The notes under the pieces: generated by a model
What the model was told of the DNA's origin: nothing
Database searches by the model: none
What the model saw: the letters and a program-made list of their open reading frames with translations, nothing else
Shown: positions 62,701 through 64,000 of the stretch, piece by piece
Position numbering within the stretch: position 1 is the stretch's first letter
Layout of the letters: each line of letters begins with the position of its first letter
Translations under genes and position numbers: made by a program
Assembly (NCBI GenBank): GCA_031267635.1
Contig: JAIRYX010000448.1
Coordinates: 10 to 64,009 of the forward strand
Reading direction: 5' to 3'
Source of the DNA: Planctomycetaceae bacterium
GTDB taxonomy: Bacteria; Planctomycetota; Planctomycetia; Pirellulales; Thermoguttaceae
DNA: 64,000 nt

Positions 62701-62778
62701 ATAAGTAGAAAAGGGATTATTAGTACGAAGAATTGTGCGAATGTCTTCTTGAGTTTGCGAAATCATGGATTTTTCCAT
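59728..62778 (-). CDS. Fusion protein: N-terminal P-loop NTPase plus C-terminal soluble FtsK/SpoIIIE-like translocase domain
   Basis: 1016 aa. The N-terminal domain has Walker A GDSGMGKT (nt 62545-62568) and LLICFDQLD. The C-terminal ~340 aa are FtsK-like: YQCGPRLIRLRI, Walker A GGTSGSGKS (nt 60394-60417), LIDPKRV, Walker B VVIIDEYADM, ILATQRPD. No TM segments were seen. An alternative ATG at 62766 forms an ATGA overlap with the upstream stop. Confidence 0.75.
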   Translation of the reverse strand: MEKSMISQTQEDIRTILRTNNPFSTYAAGEPWGEEHPSVDSLNKDALEHIKTLLHEKIQNPQIPLAAVVFGDSGMGKTYLLKRILDAVHTENISTSLVFVRSIFSPQTAMQRLLSEIVRNLDHKINNNGHTQLDLLIAKMLGEYLEYFFSQPENTKWKQHNEKFIHRLEKDVYAILDCRINEKTRVKLFSETSVFLRNHLPNISKNFLRVLFQYSEKNKRGVVMEWLHGRPLDREDYAILGLDDIQSPSYDDNQNQYIEDKSRDIIIALGLLLERYHHSLLICFDQLDALREEDKVLTFQDMIHFLVNDATAMLPIAFMRNTTWDLRFHVMDIAVRERLLMHPITLNGCSAEQAKELIEKRILYKFPENGQKYAQWLGGILCPKLLGGESPRQVISLASQWILKDEQTSLPQPPELVLNQELNRELSFIRNDLPQPDAERLQKTLRFFLENRCVFNAENDYFRGSYGQLSGKFSFSATVLPPLHYAFFFNTSSSGNSVSAAYRNALAFQEKNPDARCYYVTDNRCLFHETWKKAAEYRDKFLQNGGRLASLDKETVARWFSLLFLTDKIRAGDVTHPGTEETITEQQLSEYVKSHFPYELIELPFHQETKTSPVIPDSGGSSVSEYPEEKPIVPQEIPVLSEVTSSPPDNEAYELLDSLLNTLQKLKLPVQPYSPESYQCGPRLIRLRIVPDQMQNVTVKKIQNKAADLKVAMHLQEEPLIQAQTGFVSVDILRRHRETLTLGQLLRDGEKNRPSDSDAVFPLGAEIDGLPFWIDLANPGTPSILIGGTSGSGKSELLKSIVVGLGTIASPQSVYFTLIDPKRVTFTDFYALPCLNNSVITDDERALEVLNDLVEEMESRYKKFESVGVSDITAYNRIAEERFCRHVVIIDEYADMLSNKLMTEMLEFCFKKIGAKGRAAGFHLILATQRPDAKVVTGLVKANLQLKIALKVTSNKNSQVILDESGAECLAGHGDMLIGGAVSPCRLQGALVTTGDIENLKKHWEQSSAKAINGNR

Positions 62779-63518
62779 TTTAGAATCAAATAGTCAAAAC
62801 CGTTGGCATCCCTGTAACCAAGCCGGACGTCTTCTTCCTGCATTAACGATGCGTCGCCTGTCATCAGTTGAATTTTTCCTTCACGGCGAAGCTGTTCAAG
62901 AATTTTTTCAAAAATACCTTTGTCCCAATTCAAACCGCGCCGCAAGTCCGCAATGATTACCATTTGTTTTCCGGAAATGAGGCGGTCATAAAGCGATTTG
63001 AACGCTTGGATATTATTTGCCATACAGTCCGAAACGGTTGCGTTTTGCGAAATAGACGCTGTTGATTGCGCATTCTGCGAAAAGTCTGTTAACAGTAATT
63101 TTTTGACTTTGCCGTCAGTATTTAATTCATAGTAAATCAATCCTTTTGCATTCAAACGGTTTAGCGATTCGTAGAATTTTAATTTGCTCAAAGGAGAAGT
63201 AACTCTTCCGGGTGATTTTCCCAAATTTTTTTGAACCAATCTCAACACCAACTCATCTGTTCCGCCGGGTAATTTTTTAACCAGATAAGCGCTGTTACCT
63301 TTTTTAAAAAACTCGAATTTGTCTTCTAAAAACCGTTGCAAAATTTTCTGCTTGTCTGCTCCCGATGTTTTTGTCATAATCCCAAGCTCTTTACGGAGAG
63401 CCGCTGGTAATTTTATAAGGTTTGCAACCGTCACAAAATAACCATTTCCAGTTTTATCAATAAGTCGAATTAATTGTTCCTGAATCTCTTGCGGAGAACT
63501 CATCAAAATCCCTTTCAA
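62763..63518 (-). CDS. Hypothetical protein (251 aa), translationally coupled to the AAA-FtsK fusion
   Basis: The ORF is co-directional with the fusion gene, and its stop TGA overlaps the ATG at 62766. It is Lys/Leu-rich with helix-rich halves that could be winged-helix-like (speculative). No family recognised. Confidence 0.6.
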   Translation of the reverse strand: MKGILMSSPQEIQEQLIRLIDKTGNGYFVTVANLIKLPAALRKELGIMTKTSGADKQKILQRFLEDKFEFFKKGNSAYLVKKLPGGTDELVLRLVQKNLGKSPGRVTSPLSKLKFYESLNRLNAKGLIYYELNTDGKVKKLLLTDFSQNAQSTASISQNATVSDCMANNIQAFKSLYDRLISGKQMVIIADLRRGLNWDKGIFEKILEQLRREGKIQLMTGDASLMQEEDVRLGYRDANGFDYLILKWKNP

Positions 63519-63656
63519 AAAATGAAATTTCCTCTATTAGAAACTAAAAACCTTGCGCAAATTTTATTATTTCTCTATTTCACTCATTAATTTTACCATT
63601 AGTATAACAATTTCGTAAAAAATAACAAACGATATTTTTCCCAAAAGTTGAATTTT

Positions 63657-64000
63657 TTGATTATTCCATATTTTGGGGAGGTTTAACATTGTGTAGCTAT
63701 TCAGTTGCCCAAACCAAATAAATCCACACGGCAACCGAGAAGTTACCCGAAAGTCTTTATTATTGCAATTACCCGAAAGGTTTTACCATTGCAGCCCTTA
63801 TTTATCAAGTTTCCCTTAGTAGCCAACAAAGTCCCCAAACGCGTCCTTATTTTTTAGATTTAGATGATGGATTGTTACCCAAAAAACTTGAACGAAAAAT
63901 AAGGGAATAAGGGCGCATATTAGCACTACTACGGGAATTTTATAAATAAGGGCTGTAATGGTAAAGTCTTTCGATTGACTGTAATTGCCAAGTGTCCGGT
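63657..64000. repeat. Family-R1 composite (A-like end, B, C, C'), running off the window
   Basis: TTGATTATTCCATATTTTGGGGAGG ... CAGTTGCCCAAACCAAATAAATCCACACGGCAAC ... ATTGCAGCCCTTATTTATCAAGTTTCCCTTAGTAGCC ... GGGAATTTTATAAATAAGGGCTGTAAT. Confidence 0.8.

Overview
This is a 64-kb chromosomal window from a moderately AT-rich bacterium (GC judged by eye, not computed). The lineage looks like the PVC superphylum, possibly a Planctomycetota-like anaerobe, but that is inference only. It rests on a prepilin-type N-terminal remnant (ELLVVIAIIGILIALLLPAV), an oversized A24 prepilin peptidase, PilT and GspE-like genes, fliF/fliG, and Tat- or signal-peptide-exported proteins.

Housekeeping genes are folK, dnaB, proC, dapA, an Rrf2 regulator, infC, gmhA, nadE, a xerC/D-like recombinase, parA and folP.

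Standout content:
1. A complete structural operon for an Fe-only (Anf-type) alternative nitrogenase, anfH-nifI1-nifI2-anfD-anfG-anfK. A sigma-54-like promoter lies upstream. Repeat-derived hairpins fill every intercistronic spacer, and a GC-rich ~22-bp tandem repeat sits directly after anfK.
2. A sulfite reductase-like / TusA / ThiS-like / ThiF-MoeB / JAMM protein-thiocarboxylate cluster.
3. A tightly coupled rubredoxin / mini-EEP / unknown / LsrF-type aldolase operon. Its two middle genes are visibly AT-rich.
4. A translationally coupled two-gene cassette: a 251-aa unknown protein plus a 1016-aa fusion of an N-terminal P-loop NTPase to a soluble FtsK-like translocase. This is my best candidate for an undescribed system.
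5. A membrane-anchored GspE-like protein with degenerate ATPase motifs next to pilT.
6. An extra gene between fliF and fliG whose C-terminus copies the FliF C-terminal tail.
7. A very heavy load of non-coding repeats: a modular, nested MITE-like family at 14 or more loci (one copy has clean TIRs and an 8-bp target-site duplication); a second ~110-bp palindromic-ended family at 12 or more loci; two 21-bp tandem arrays sharing a flank; and decayed IS630-, IS5- and IS1634-like transposase fragments.

I recognised no tRNA, rRNA or CRISPR array.
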